A DNA stretch of 64,000 nt from Candidatus Woesearchaeota archaeon (GCA_016192995.1 JACPTB010000006.1:5687-69686); one strand, 5' to 3'. Counted from the stretch's first letter, positions 9,798 to 19,941 are shown. Program-made: numbers and translations. Notes: generated from the sequence alone by a model not told the origin.

Positions 9798-11286
9798 AGT
9801 GAAAACCTAATGAGTTGAACAGCGATGTAATTTCATGAAGAGTGATAATTTTACTGGCAAACAATAAGAGCAGGTATAACAATAGTGAAATAAATGAAGA
9901 GACAAGAATGCTCATATAAATATTAGCGCTGAAAATGTTTCTCAAGAGCGCTAATGAGGCATAAAATATTCCTGAAATAAAAATAAGTTTAATCCAGTTC
10001 CAAAAAGGATTCTGGAACTGAAGTGTTTTTCTCAAAAAATAATACGCTAAAATAAACATGCAAAGATAGCTTATTGATGTAGCGAGCGCGGCTCCTCCTG
10101 TTGAAAATTGAGGAATAAGAAGAGCATTAAGGATAAGATTAATGAAACCAGAACTGATAATAACAACAGCATCGTATTTTGGTTTTCCTATAGCAACCAG
10201 CGTTGTGGTGTACATAAGCGCTAAGGAGAGAGCAATATTTCCAAAGAGCAGAATTCTCAAAGGCATGGTTGCTGGAAGATATTCTTGTTTAAACAGAACA
10301 GTTATAATGACAGGAGCAAATTCAAAAATAAGAAGTGAAAGCGGCAAAAGAAGAAGCGGTACATATTTATTAAATAAATATATTCCACTAAGGAGTTTTT
10401 CTTTTTCGTTTTTTGTCCATAATTCAGAAATAGTTGGGAAGAAAACATATCGTAGTGACATGCCAATATAACCAATCAGTGCTGCGGTCGGAAACGCAAC
10501 ATTATAAACAGCAGCTTCTTTAACTCCTTGCAAATAGGTCAAAAATATAGTATCAATATAATTAGCAAAAATTCCTCCAAAAATAGTCATCGTAGCGGGA
10601 AGTGAAAAGTAGATCAGTTCTTTGACAAAAGGTTTTGTAAGGCTATACTTAACTTGGAATAAATCAGGGAATACTAATTTCCAAAAAATGTAGGCATAGA
10701 TAATTAAGACTACCAAAAAAGAAAAAATGTACCCGAGTACCGGCGAAAAAATATTATTGAAAAATATAAAGAAAATAAAGGTAGTCACCCATAACAAAAT
10801 TATTTTTGTTAATTCAATGCTTGAAAAGAACCCAATCTTTTGAAAGCCAAGAAATGTTTGCCTGAGCAATAACACTCCTGATGAAAAAACAAAAGAAATG
10901 CTTAATCCAATAATCACCAGTTTTGCAGTTTCATCTTTAAAATAAGAAGTGCTAAGAAAAGGTGCAAGTAAGAAGAAAACAATAACGCTGATCAGCGCAA
11001 CAATGAGAATAATGCTTCCTACAAATATAATGCTTGCCTTGACCAGGTCTTTTCGTTTTTCAACAAGATATTGAGGGATATATTTTACCATGGTCCGCGA
11101 AAAACCTAGATCAACAAATCCCATAAAAAACCCTAAAAACGCAAAAACACTGTAAAACAGCCCAAATTCAGTTATAGATAGATTTCTGCTGAGGTAAATC
11201 CGATAGCCATAGGTAAGAAACGCAACAACAATAGAGGTAATAAAAGTAATAGAAAATCCCTTGATAATATGCTTTAAATAACCCAT
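9784..11286 (-). CDS. Wzx-like polysaccharide flippase (MOP superfamily)
   Basis: 500 aa with about 14 hydrophobic segments. It sits within the glycan cluster and overlaps the downstream gene by 14 nt. Confidence 0.75.
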   Translation of the reverse strand: MGYLKHIIKGFSITFITSIVVAFLTYGYRIYLSRNLSITEFGLFYSVFAFLGFFMGFVDLGFSRTMVKYIPQYLVEKRKDLVKASIIFVGSIILIVALISVIVFFLLAPFLSTSYFKDETAKLVIIGLSISFVFSSGVLLLRQTFLGFQKIGFFSSIELTKIILLWVTTFIFFIFFNNIFSPVLGYIFSFLVVLIIYAYIFWKLVFPDLFQVKYSLTKPFVKELIYFSLPATMTIFGGIFANYIDTIFLTYLQGVKEAAVYNVAFPTAALIGYIGMSLRYVFFPTISELWTKNEKEKLLSGIYLFNKYVPLLLLPLSLLIFEFAPVIITVLFKQEYLPATMPLRILLFGNIALSLALMYTTTLVAIGKPKYDAVVIISSGFINLILNALLIPQFSTGGAALATSISYLCMFILAYYFLRKTLQFQNPFWNWIKLIFISGIFYASLALLRNIFSANIYMSILVSSFISLLLYLLLLFASKIITLHEITSLFNSLGFHYGKK

Positions 11287-11330
11287 GACCTATAAAAGTG
11301 GCTTCTTATTTATAAAATTATAACTGAAGA

Positions 11331-11483
11331 GTACGTAATAAGTCTGGGGTTTTAGTGCCTATTTCGTGAAGCTCTTCTTAGTCAACATCGGGGATTTTTC
11401 GGAGTGCCAGAAAGAAAAATCCAATGTTAAATAACCTTTTGAAGCTGAACTGGCACTAAAACCATAGAAGACTTATTACGTAC
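11331..11483 (+). mobile_element. Palindromic MITE-like element, copy D (GTACGTAATAAGTCT termini)
   Basis: Same architecture as F and G. Its second stem carries a compensatory change, GTTTTAGTGCC / GGCACTAAAAC. The loop is GGAGTGCCAGAAA. Flanking 8-bp repeats are ACTGAAGA (11323-11330) and ACTGAAAA (11484-11491). An extra right-end fragment AAGACTTATTAC lies at 11491-11502. Confidence 0.8.
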
Positions 11484-11498
11484 ACTGAAAAAGACTTA

Positions 11499-12449
11499 TT
11501 ACCTATCATAAGCTGTTTTAGATGTTCTGGATTTAGGATGAGTATCTATTGTTTTTTCTTCACCGCAGCTATACAGCGTTTCACTGTATTGTTTCATAAA
11601 ACTATGAAAACCATAAAAATATTGATAAAAAAAGCTAATCAACACAAGTATAGGAAACGTTAACGCATAAAATAAAAGCAATGGTTTAAAGCTTCCAAAC
11701 AAAGCAGATATTAAAATAAAAAAATTAATAGTATTAAAATAAAACAGTGTTGAGATAGTCTTAAAAATAATACTTCCGCATTTTTTTATAAATGGTTGAT
11801 GATCACTATATACATTTGTTTTTGTTTTCTTAGTAGAGGAAGGAGTTTTATACAAAAATCCAAAACTTAATCCTGCTTTATACAATTGTTCAAAGCTTGG
11901 TTTTTTAGGTAAGTGATATTTTTCATATAATGCTGGGATTGTTTTCACCTTGATAAGTTCTTGAACAAGGCAGCTGTATTTTAACATTAAAAATGAATTA
12001 TACACCAGGATAGATGAAAAAATAATAATTCCCGCTAAAAAAAGCAGAGGTGAATTAGGTGAATCATATCTGACAAAAGCATTATATCCTAATCCGAGAA
12101 AAACAGTCACTCTAATGATGTTTGTTCCCATGCCATCAAGATACCCTCCCCGCTGGGAAGATAAATTTCTAAAACGTGCAATTTCTCCATCAACACAGTC
12201 AATAGTAAACCATAACTGCAGGAGAATTGCTCCAATAATATTCAGCGTGTAATCAGGAAATGCAAGAAATACGCTTGCAAGAATGCCAGTAAAAATCTCA
12301 GCAAAAGTGACTTGGTTAGGTGTTACTGATGTGTGGACTAACACCCACGTAATATAGCGAGAAATCCTTCGGTAATAATAATACATAAAAAACGACTGTT
12401 TTTCTTTAGGGAGCTGAGTTCGTTCAACAACTTCTCGCAAGCTTATCAT
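11499..12449 (-). CDS. CDP-alcohol phosphatidyltransferase family membrane protein
   Basis: Motif DCVDGEIAR...GGYLDGMGTN (D-G-x2-A-R..G..D) plus multiple TM segments. The start is chosen at MISLREV. In-frame upstream ATGs at 12497 and 12569 are possible, but they run into the divergent promoter and neighbouring gene. Confidence 0.7.
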   Translation of the reverse strand: MISLREVVERTQLPKEKQSFFMYYYYRRISRYITWVLVHTSVTPNQVTFAEIFTGILASVFLAFPDYTLNIIGAILLQLWFTIDCVDGEIARFRNLSSQRGGYLDGMGTNIIRVTVFLGLGYNAFVRYDSPNSPLLFLAGIIIFSSILVYNSFLMLKYSCLVQELIKVKTIPALYEKYHLPKKPSFEQLYKAGLSFGFLYKTPSSTKKTKTNVYSDHQPFIKKCGSIIFKTISTLFYFNTINFFILISALFGSFKPLLLFYALTFPILVLISFFYQYFYGFHSFMKQYSETLYSCGEEKTIDTHPKSRTSKTAYDR

Positions 12450-12532
12450 TTTAATGGAAATTAAAGGTGAGTTTAAATATTTTCTTAAACTAAACATATA
12501 TAAATCAATCAAATATTCGATAAGCGTATAAC

Positions 12533-13231
12533 ATGGTACATATAGTAGGAACAATTGGTCCAGCTTCATGGAATGAAAACGTATTAAACATCCTTAATGA
12601 AAAACTAGGCTTGGTGCGATTTAATGGTTCATGGTTGGATTATGATACGTTTAAAGTAGTGAGGCAGAAAATTAAGAAACCTATTCTTTTAGACATCCCA
12701 GGTGACAGAAAAAAACCACGCCAAAAAACATTAACTGATGATATGTTAATTAACCTTGCTATTCAAGAAAAACTTAATTACATTGGCTTGTCATATGTGC
12801 GAAGTGCAGAAGAAGTTCATGCTATGAGAAAAAGGCTTGAAGGGAGTAATGTAAAAATAGTTGCAAAAATTGAAACGCAGGAAGCATTGCAATATTTGCC
12901 GGAAATTGTAGCTGCAGCTGATATGTTATTAGTTGATCGCGGTGATTTAGGCACTGCAATAGGTTTTGAAAAAGTGCCTATTGCTCAAGTAAATATCTTA
13001 AAAGAATGCAATAAGCAAAACAAGCCAGTGATTACAGCAACTGAAATGATGATGTCAACATTAGCTTCCCATAAGCCGAATTGCGCTGATGTCTCAGATG
13101 TATTTTTTGCGGTGTATCATGGTACAAATTATGTTATGTTGTCTGAAGAAACTGCAATCGGTCAGAATCCTATTCAAACCGTTGAAGTAATGCAGAAAAT
13201 TATTGATGAAGCAGTAAAACATAAAAAATAA
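12533..13231 (+). CDS. Minimal pyruvate-kinase-like TIM-barrel protein (A domain only, no B or C domain)
   Basis: 232 aa. Motifs seen: IVGTIGPAS, VRFNGSW, LLDIPGDR, AKIETQEA, VDRGDLG, PVITATEMMMS and MLSEETA. These line up with PK active-site segments. Confidence 0.7.
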   Translation: MVHIVGTIGPASWNENVLNILNEKLGLVRFNGSWLDYDTFKVVRQKIKKPILLDIPGDRKKPRQKTLTDDMLINLAIQEKLNYIGLSYVRSAEEVHAMRKRLEGSNVKIVAKIETQEALQYLPEIVAAADMLLVDRGDLGTAIGFEKVPIAQVNILKECNKQNKPVITATEMMMSTLASHKPNCADVSDVFFAVYHGTNYVMLSEETAIGQNPIQTVEVMQKIIDEAVKHKK

Positions 13232-13236
13232 ATTTT

Positions 13237-14967
13237 TTATTCAATAAAACTCTCTGGATCATCCATAATTATTTTGGCAATTTCAGGCCGCATAAATTCT
13301 TTAGGGGGAAATTGTTTCTTCAATAACATTTTTCGCGCTTCTGTTCCTGAAATGACAAGGTGATGCTCTTGATCATGAGGGCAAGTATGTTCAGTAGCAA
13401 TATTTTCGCATTTCTTGCAATAATATGGACCATGAAGTTTCATAATAGTTATCCCTAAATCTGAAAACAAGTCGGCGTACGCGTGGCCAGCATATTTAGC
13501 ATAATAATTGCCAACACCTGCATGATCTCTGCCAATAATAAAATGTGTGCAGCCAAAGTTTTTCCTAATAATCGCATGAAATACTGCTTCTCGAGGACCT
13601 GCATAACGCATAGCTGTCGTTAATATCCCAAAGACAACTCTGTTTTTATTGTAAAAATGAGCAACAGCATGCTGATAGGCTTTGATAATAACTCGTGGTG
13701 AAAAATCTCCAGGTTTTTTCCATCCTACTAATGGTTGAATAAACAATCCATCAACATGTTCAAGCGCTGTTTTTTGCAAATGTTCATGAGCGCGATGAGG
13801 CGCGTTTCTTGTTTGAAAACCAACAATGGTTTTCCATCCTTTCTCAGCAAACATTTTTCGCGTTTGCATGGGATCATAATTAAACCCTTGAAAATCACCA
13901 ATCGGATAGCGATTAATAAGTTCTATCTTTCCTGAAATAAGGATATTGCTTCTATTGAAAAGCCTTTTTACTCCGGGATGATTAACATCTGTTGTGCCAT
14001 ACACTTGCTGAGCTTCTTTTTGTTTATCATAAGTAAAAATATCATCCACTTCTAACAAGGCAATTGGTGTTGTATCTTCTGCTCGAAGAATCACCTGATC
14101 TTTCTTATGAAATTGTTGCGCTTGTTCTTGAGGAACTGGAAGTACTATGGGGATAGTAAAGGGAACATTATTGGTTAATCTTCCTTTTTCAACAACAGAT
14201 TCGTAATCTGCTTTATTCATAAATCCTTGTAAGGGACTAAACACCCCTGTCGCAATATTTTCAGCGTCAAGAATAGAGTCTCTGCCAATGATAAGCTGTT
14301 TAAAATTAGTAAGCTGAGAAAGAATATTTTTCTTCTTTTTATCATCCATAAACCCTTGGACGAGATTCCCTCCATGTGCCTGAAGAGAAATATTATTATT
14401 ATTTGAAGCAGTAATATTATTGACAAGGATTCCTTGTTGTTTAAGATATTCCAATATATGATGGGCAGATTCTTCAACAGGAAGTTTATCAGTCTCTAGA
14501 ACAAGCTCCGGATGATCAGATTCTTGATATGGTTGATCAACGCCAACAAAATTAGTCATAGTTCCTTGTTGCACTTTTTTATAATGTCCTTGAGGATCTC
14601 GCTCAGCGCAAATTTGAAAAGGGCATTTAACATAAACCTCTATAAATTTTCCTGCAGTCTCAATATTCTTTCTAATAGTTTTTCTAACTTCTCTATCTCC
14701 TGAAACAAAAGCTGCTAACACAAGCTGATTGTTTTGAGCAAGAGTTGTTGCAAGATACGTTACCCGTTGAAGATGTTTTTTTCTATCTTCAGGAGAATAT
14801 CCTAAGTCAGGAGACAGCACTTTACGTACCTCATCTCCATCCAATACAACATGGGCAATAGCATGTCTTTTAAGCTTCTCACTTATGAAGCGTGAGATGG
14901 TTGTTTTCCCAGCTCCGCTTAACCCAGTAAACCAAATAACAGTGCCTTTCGGTGTATGATTATGCAT
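13237..14967 (-). CDS. Bifunctional PAPS synthase: N-terminal APS kinase + C-terminal sulfate adenylyltransferase
   Basis: Kinase motifs: GLSGAGKTT, LDGDEVR and ERDPQGHYKK. Sulfurylase motifs: FQTRNAPHRAHEHL, MRYAGPREAVFHA and HFIIGRDHAGVG. The start is chosen at MHNHTPKG, which has an upstream A/T-rich box. The ORF track extends to 15021. Confidence 0.85.
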   Translation of the reverse strand: MHNHTPKGTVIWFTGLSGAGKTTISRFISEKLKRHAIAHVVLDGDEVRKVLSPDLGYSPEDRKKHLQRVTYLATTLAQNNQLVLAAFVSGDREVRKTIRKNIETAGKFIEVYVKCPFQICAERDPQGHYKKVQQGTMTNFVGVDQPYQESDHPELVLETDKLPVEESAHHILEYLKQQGILVNNITASNNNNISLQAHGGNLVQGFMDDKKKKNILSQLTNFKQLIIGRDSILDAENIATGVFSPLQGFMNKADYESVVEKGRLTNNVPFTIPIVLPVPQEQAQQFHKKDQVILRAEDTTPIALLEVDDIFTYDKQKEAQQVYGTTDVNHPGVKRLFNRSNILISGKIELINRYPIGDFQGFNYDPMQTRKMFAEKGWKTIVGFQTRNAPHRAHEHLQKTALEHVDGLFIQPLVGWKKPGDFSPRVIIKAYQHAVAHFYNKNRVVFGILTTAMRYAGPREAVFHAIIRKNFGCTHFIIGRDHAGVGNYYAKYAGHAYADLFSDLGITIMKLHGPYYCKKCENIATEHTCPHDQEHHLVISGTEARKMLLKKQFPPKEFMRPEIAKIIMDDPESFIE

Positions 14968-15063
14968 ATCTAAGAGAATTATTAGTTGTTTTAAAAAGAT
15001 TGCCTTTGTTAGAAAAAACATATATATCTAACTAAGTTTTGCACTAGTAACGAGCTGTTATTT

Positions 15064-16836
15064 ATGAGTGAAGATATAAAACAAGATGCATCTGCTATAA
15101 CATGGAATAAAAAGTATTCTTTCTTGCTTCTTTTGTTGATACCAATTATCTTGAGCATGTATCTTAGGGTCATGCCTGCTTATTTACCATTTATTGATGA
15201 AAAAGCTGAAGACGATGTTCTGTTAGGGTTGAAAAACCAAATCTCGAAAGCAGTGGATAAACAATACTCTTCTCTGCCTCAAGAAAATAAAGACGTATTG
15301 ATCAAAAAACAATATGATGAATATCTTAAACAACACCAGAGTGAAATTGATCAAGTTATTTATCAACAATCAAAGAAATACAAAGATAATTTTCAGGATG
15401 ATACTGGGCATACCTATCTATTAGAGGTAGATCCTTGGCATTGGTATAGGCTTGCAAGAAATTATATTGATCATGGTTATGATCGTAATGTAGCATATGA
15501 AGGAAAATATTATGATACCTATATATCCGCAGGTTTGCCATTAGTGCTCTTGTTTGGAATAACAGTGAGTACTATCTATAAATTATTTGTTCCAGGACTG
15601 ATTTCTTTTTCAAAAGAGAAGTTCTTTCTTTCTGAAATAGTTACCAAGGTTTTAGTCGTTATTATTTTTTTGGTATTATTGTTGATATTATTAATCCACC
15701 CATTTAAACAAACGTCTGTAACTATCCACTCTGAGACAAAAGCTATTTTGGTAAACGATCAATGGTACAACATTCTTGTCAACATCAAAGATAAGTCTGC
15801 TCCTGATGCAATTATTACTTCGTGGTGGGATTTTGGGCATTTTTTTAAAGCAATTGGTGATCGAGCTACAACGTTAGATGGGGGAAATCAGAATTCTCCA
15901 CAAGCGCATTGGATAGGAAAACTATTATTAACTGATAATGAAAAAGAAAGTGTTGGTATTTTACGAATGCTTGCGTGTGGTGCGACAGTAGCATTTGATG
16001 AGTTAGAGCAACTATTTAACCATGATCAAGTCAAAACTAAAAAAGTTGTTGATCATATTATTTTATTATCAAAGAATGAGGCGAAGAAGTACCTCCTTCA
16101 ACAAGATTTATCTGAACAACAAGCTGAACATATTCTGCAATACACCCATTGCCAGCCGCCAGAAAATTATCTTATCGTCAGTTCCGATATGATTCCTAAA
16201 TCATCATCTTGGGCGCATTTTGGCAGCTGGAACTTCTCACGCGCTCAAGTAATCTATTTAACGAATAAGAACATGAAAGAAGAAGCTGTCACCTTTATGC
16301 GAGAGGATATGGCACTTACGAAAGAACAAGCTGAAGAAACTTATACACAAATAAAATCGTATAGCTCTGGTGATAAAGCTACTGCATGGATCGCTCCATG
16401 GTACAGTTATAGGCCGCTCCTTAATCTTTGTAAAAAAATAGATAATAATTTTGTTTGTCTGGATGCTTTGATGGTAAATCTCACTGAACATCAAGTGTAT
16501 AAACCAAAAATAAATGGCGATAAAGTATATTCTATAATTAGTTCATTTATAGATGAAGATGGTAACTACACTGTGGAGAATTTAGAATACTCAAATAAAA
16601 CATTTTTTACAACAAAAGAAGATGAGATGCTTGGTGTTTCAATATACCTGGATCGAAATAGGAACTACTACAATTTTTATATGGATCCAATACTGGTAAA
16701 TAGCATGTTTAATAAGATGATGCTTTTTAGTGATCATATTCATTTTAAGTGTTTTGATTTATTTGATAATACGGGATCTATCTCAGAGCAAAATAAAATA
16801 CAAGTATGGAAAGTAGACTGGAATTGCACATCTTAA
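15064..16836 (+). CDS. aglB: AglB/STT3 paralogue 2 lacking the membrane core (TM1 + EL1 start fused to the last TM + C-terminal WWDFG domain)
   Basis: 590 aa. Residues 1-160 and ~161-590 align closely with the N-terminal ~200 aa and C-terminal ~400 aa of the 54456-57521 paralogue. The junction is ..YISAGLPL|VLLFGI.. near 15543/15544. GxxDxDxY and TIXE-like motifs are absent; TSWWDFGHFF is retained. Confidence 0.8.
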   Translation: MSEDIKQDASAITWNKKYSFLLLLLIPIILSMYLRVMPAYLPFIDEKAEDDVLLGLKNQISKAVDKQYSSLPQENKDVLIKKQYDEYLKQHQSEIDQVIYQQSKKYKDNFQDDTGHTYLLEVDPWHWYRLARNYIDHGYDRNVAYEGKYYDTYISAGLPLVLLFGITVSTIYKLFVPGLISFSKEKFFLSEIVTKVLVVIIFLVLLLILLIHPFKQTSVTIHSETKAILVNDQWYNILVNIKDKSAPDAIITSWWDFGHFFKAIGDRATTLDGGNQNSPQAHWIGKLLLTDNEKESVGILRMLACGATVAFDELEQLFNHDQVKTKKVVDHIILLSKNEAKKYLLQQDLSEQQAEHILQYTHCQPPENYLIVSSDMIPKSSSWAHFGSWNFSRAQVIYLTNKNMKEEAVTFMREDMALTKEQAEETYTQIKSYSSGDKATAWIAPWYSYRPLLNLCKKIDNNFVCLDALMVNLTEHQVYKPKINGDKVYSIISSFIDEDGNYTVENLEYSNKTFFTTKEDEMLGVSIYLDRNRNYYNFYMDPILVNSMFNKMMLFSDHIHFKCFDLFDNTGSISEQNKIQVWKVDWNCTS

Positions 16837-18843
16837 CTATTTTTTATTAAGAACTTTAACCAGAAACAATCTGTTATTTTTACTACCAAATTCTTTCTCA
16901 AGAGCAAACATATCAACTGAATTATTAAGATTTTCAAAAAACAAACTCTGAGGTTTGTAAAATTGCTCAGAAAATTCATCTGGTTCAGTAAATGAAGCAG
17001 GAGTATAAACCAGATTATTACTATCTGCAACAGCAACATAGGTAACGTTATTATCATCTAAAAATTTGATAAACGCTGTTTCAGATTTTAAAGCAGCGTA
17101 TGGTATTTGTTGAAGTCGTATAATTGGAGTATCAATTCCATAATGGACACGATAAAAGTCGATATGCTGGATGAGAAATAGCACTTTTTGATCAGGCGAA
17201 ACATCTTCTCCGATATACTGATACAATTCATCATACGGCCAATAATGATCTTCAATATGTTGATAGGTCATGGCCATACTATAAAGTATGACCATGAAGA
17301 GGAAAATACTGTACACTATTCTTCGAAGCAAAAGAGAAGAACATAATCTAAAAATAAAAATGCTTAATAACACGACAACAGGTGGAATAAGTACCACTAT
17401 AAACCGAAGTACAGGCTCTCGCCAGTTATACATAACATAGATGCTAAGCAGTATCAAAATCCATAACAGCGAAAATCTAACAGCAAAAAAATCTTTATCT
17501 AAAAATATATTTTTAAAATGCATGGTTAAAAAGTATACAACACTTAACAGAAACAATAGTAACAGCGGCCAGGTGAGTAGTTCTGGAAAAAGGGCAAGGT
17601 ACTTTATCCAAGTATTGAATGAAAATAGTTTCAGGAAGACAAGGTACTGCTGCTGTGAGTTAGTTAAAGTAAAAAATGTTGACCTAATAATAATCCATAC
17701 TCCTGCAAATACCAACACTAATAAGGTCAGCAGCCAAAATGCTTTGAACTCTTTAAAAACTTGTCTGCTCTTTTCCCAATTCCATTGATATAGAATGCTG
17801 TATTCAAAAACTAAACTTACTGCAAAAACAGGTACTATAAACAAAACAGGTTCTTTATAGAAAACTCCAAGTAACAGCAAGAGAAATAATAATCCTAATT
17901 CGTGGAGTGCATGCTTTTGTTGAGTAAGATACGTATGAATATATTTAACAAAATAATAGCTTGCTGCAAGAAGGAAAAAAACTTCTCCACCGGTCATAAA
18001 GGCAAGATTGCTGAAGTAAAAAATGCCAGGAACAAATAAAAATAATATACTGCTTATCGCGGCAGTTTCTTTATCAATAAATAAGCTGAGAAGTTTATAG
18101 AGATAAAGTGCAGCAAAAAATAAGAATACTAGTTGGATAACTCTTGCAAAAAAAACTTCTTCAAAACCGAGTAAACTAACAAAGCCATTAGTGATAGTTC
18201 CAAGGGGTGGAAATCGAATAAGCCATCCTAATAATGATGCCGGGTCAGAAGATCCAAAAACTGTTAAACCAACTTTTTCAAACAAAAGACGCAAAGTGAT
18301 AACATAGACATTAACCGTGAGTATTCCACAAAAAACAAAGAATATTTTTGAAGAGATTTTCAATTTTTTCCAACGATCTTGAAGGTAGTCCTTATTTTTT
18401 ATCAGGAGATAGCCAATACCCAACAGAAACAATAAACTAACAATCACTTGAAACAAATAATTTTGAATCAAATACATAACTACTAACCTAATACTTTCAG
18501 CAAAATAAACTCCTTTGCTTACATGAAAATGCTCGTCATCACTCGGTTGAATGGGAAATGAAAGGCTATAAGCGTGAATTCCTAACAACAGCAAAAACAA
18601 TACTACGAGGAGTAAAATTCTGCAGTGGGTATTTTTTTCTTTCTTTTTTGAAGGAAGAACAGTAACTCGTCTAGTATCTTGAAACATTTCTCTGAGAATA
18701 TAATATCCTCCTATAATCAATACTAATATTATATTAACTATAACCATTCCTTTAGGGAATGAGTCTATTAACAACCACCACGGATAAACAATAAAACAGA
18801 GAAACAAAACCAGTGCATACCAAAGAGATATTTTTTTGAACAT
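16837..18843 (-). CDS. GT-C-fold membrane glycosyltransferase (ArnT/PMT GT39/GT83-like)
   Basis: 668 aa and multi-TM. The first loop carries the acidic motif PSDDEHFH, and there is a ~130-aa C-terminal soluble domain. Its stop codon directly abuts the stop of the convergent gene. Confidence 0.55.
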   Translation of the reverse strand: MFKKISLWYALVLFLCFIVYPWWLLIDSFPKGMVIVNIILVLIIGGYYILREMFQDTRRVTVLPSKKKEKNTHCRILLLVVLFLLLLGIHAYSLSFPIQPSDDEHFHVSKGVYFAESIRLVVMYLIQNYLFQVIVSLLFLLGIGYLLIKNKDYLQDRWKKLKISSKIFFVFCGILTVNVYVITLRLLFEKVGLTVFGSSDPASLLGWLIRFPPLGTITNGFVSLLGFEEVFFARVIQLVFLFFAALYLYKLLSLFIDKETAAISSILFLFVPGIFYFSNLAFMTGGEVFFLLAASYYFVKYIHTYLTQQKHALHELGLLFLLLLLGVFYKEPVLFIVPVFAVSLVFEYSILYQWNWEKSRQVFKEFKAFWLLTLLVLVFAGVWIIIRSTFFTLTNSQQQYLVFLKLFSFNTWIKYLALFPELLTWPLLLLFLLSVVYFLTMHFKNIFLDKDFFAVRFSLLWILILLSIYVMYNWREPVLRFIVVLIPPVVVLLSIFIFRLCSSLLLRRIVYSIFLFMVILYSMAMTYQHIEDHYWPYDELYQYIGEDVSPDQKVLFLIQHIDFYRVHYGIDTPIIRLQQIPYAALKSETAFIKFLDDNNVTYVAVADSNNLVYTPASFTEPDEFSEQFYKPQSLFFENLNNSVDMFALEKEFGSKNNRLFLVKVLNKK

Positions 18844-18851
18844 AGTGCAAA

Positions 18852-19895
18852 TTATTTACTTCTTTGTAATACATTCATTGTATCAGGGTAATTTGGCGCA
18901 TCCCAGGGAAATGGCTTGCCCTGAAGATGTAATTTCCATCTGCGTAAATCTTCAGTAACCATAATTGAAACAAGTTCTTTAAAGGTAGTTTTTGGCTTCC
19001 ATCCAGTTTTCTCCATAAACTTTCGAGCATTACCTTGGAGGACATTAACTTCTTTTGGTCGTATCAGCAATTTCGATGTTTTTACATAATCAGTTGGATT
19101 TAGACCAACAACCTTAAATGCTTCATCAACAAATTCTTTTACCGTGTGTGTTTCACCAGTTGCAATAACAAAATCATCTGGTTTGTCAAGCTGGAGCATC
19201 TTCCACATTGCTTCGCAATATTCAGGTGCGTATCCCCAATCGCGCTTCGCATCTAAATTACCAAGGACAAGTTCTTTTTGCAATCCTAATTTAATCCGCG
19301 CAACTCCGTTGCTGATCTTTCTGGTCACAAATTCTAAACTTCGAAGCTCACTTTCGTGGTTGAACAATATGCCGTTGCAGGCAAACAATCCATATCCTTC
19401 CCGATAAATTCGCGTATTATGAAATGACATTAATTTTGCAGCAGCATAGGGAGAATTCGGCATAAAAGGAGTATGTTCATGCTGAGGTGTGATCTCTGTT
19501 GCGCCATATAATTCACTAGTTGATGCCTGATAAAACCGAATGTTTTTATTCAAATGCCTGATAATCTCCAGTAATCGTAATGAACCAGAACCATCAATTT
19601 CTGTTGTTAATAATGGTTGGTCAAAACTTGCGCCAACAAAGCTTTGCGCAGCTAAGTTATAAACTTCATCAGGTTGTGAAACAGATACTGCTTCAAGCAG
19701 CGATGCCATATCTGCTAAATCTGCAGGAATCAAGGTAACCTTTTCAAAAACATCCAATGCTTGTAAGCGCCAGAAATTTGGTGTAGATGTTCTTCTATAC
19801 GTTCCAAACACTTTATATCCTTTTTTCAAGAGCAGTTGAGCTAAATAAGCTCCATCCTGGCCTGTTATTCCCGTAATAAGTGCTTTTTTACCCAT
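18852..19895 (-). CDS. gmd: GDP-mannose 4,6-dehydratase
   Basis: 347 aa. Motifs seen: KKALITGITGQDGAYLAQLLLKKGY, STSELYG, SPYAAAKL and LFNHES. Confidence 0.9.
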   Translation of the reverse strand: MGKKALITGITGQDGAYLAQLLLKKGYKVFGTYRRTSTPNFWRLQALDVFEKVTLIPADLADMASLLEAVSVSQPDEVYNLAAQSFVGASFDQPLLTTEIDGSGSLRLLEIIRHLNKNIRFYQASTSELYGATEITPQHEHTPFMPNSPYAAAKLMSFHNTRIYREGYGLFACNGILFNHESELRSLEFVTRKISNGVARIKLGLQKELVLGNLDAKRDWGYAPEYCEAMWKMLQLDKPDDFVIATGETHTVKEFVDEAFKVVGLNPTDYVKTSKLLIRPKEVNVLQGNARKFMEKTGWKPKTTFKELVSIMVTEDLRRWKLHLQGKPFPWDAPNYPDTMNVLQRSK

Positions 19896-19941
19896 ATTCC
19901 AGCAAAAGTACCAAGACCCTTTTAAATTTTTCCTCTAAGTT

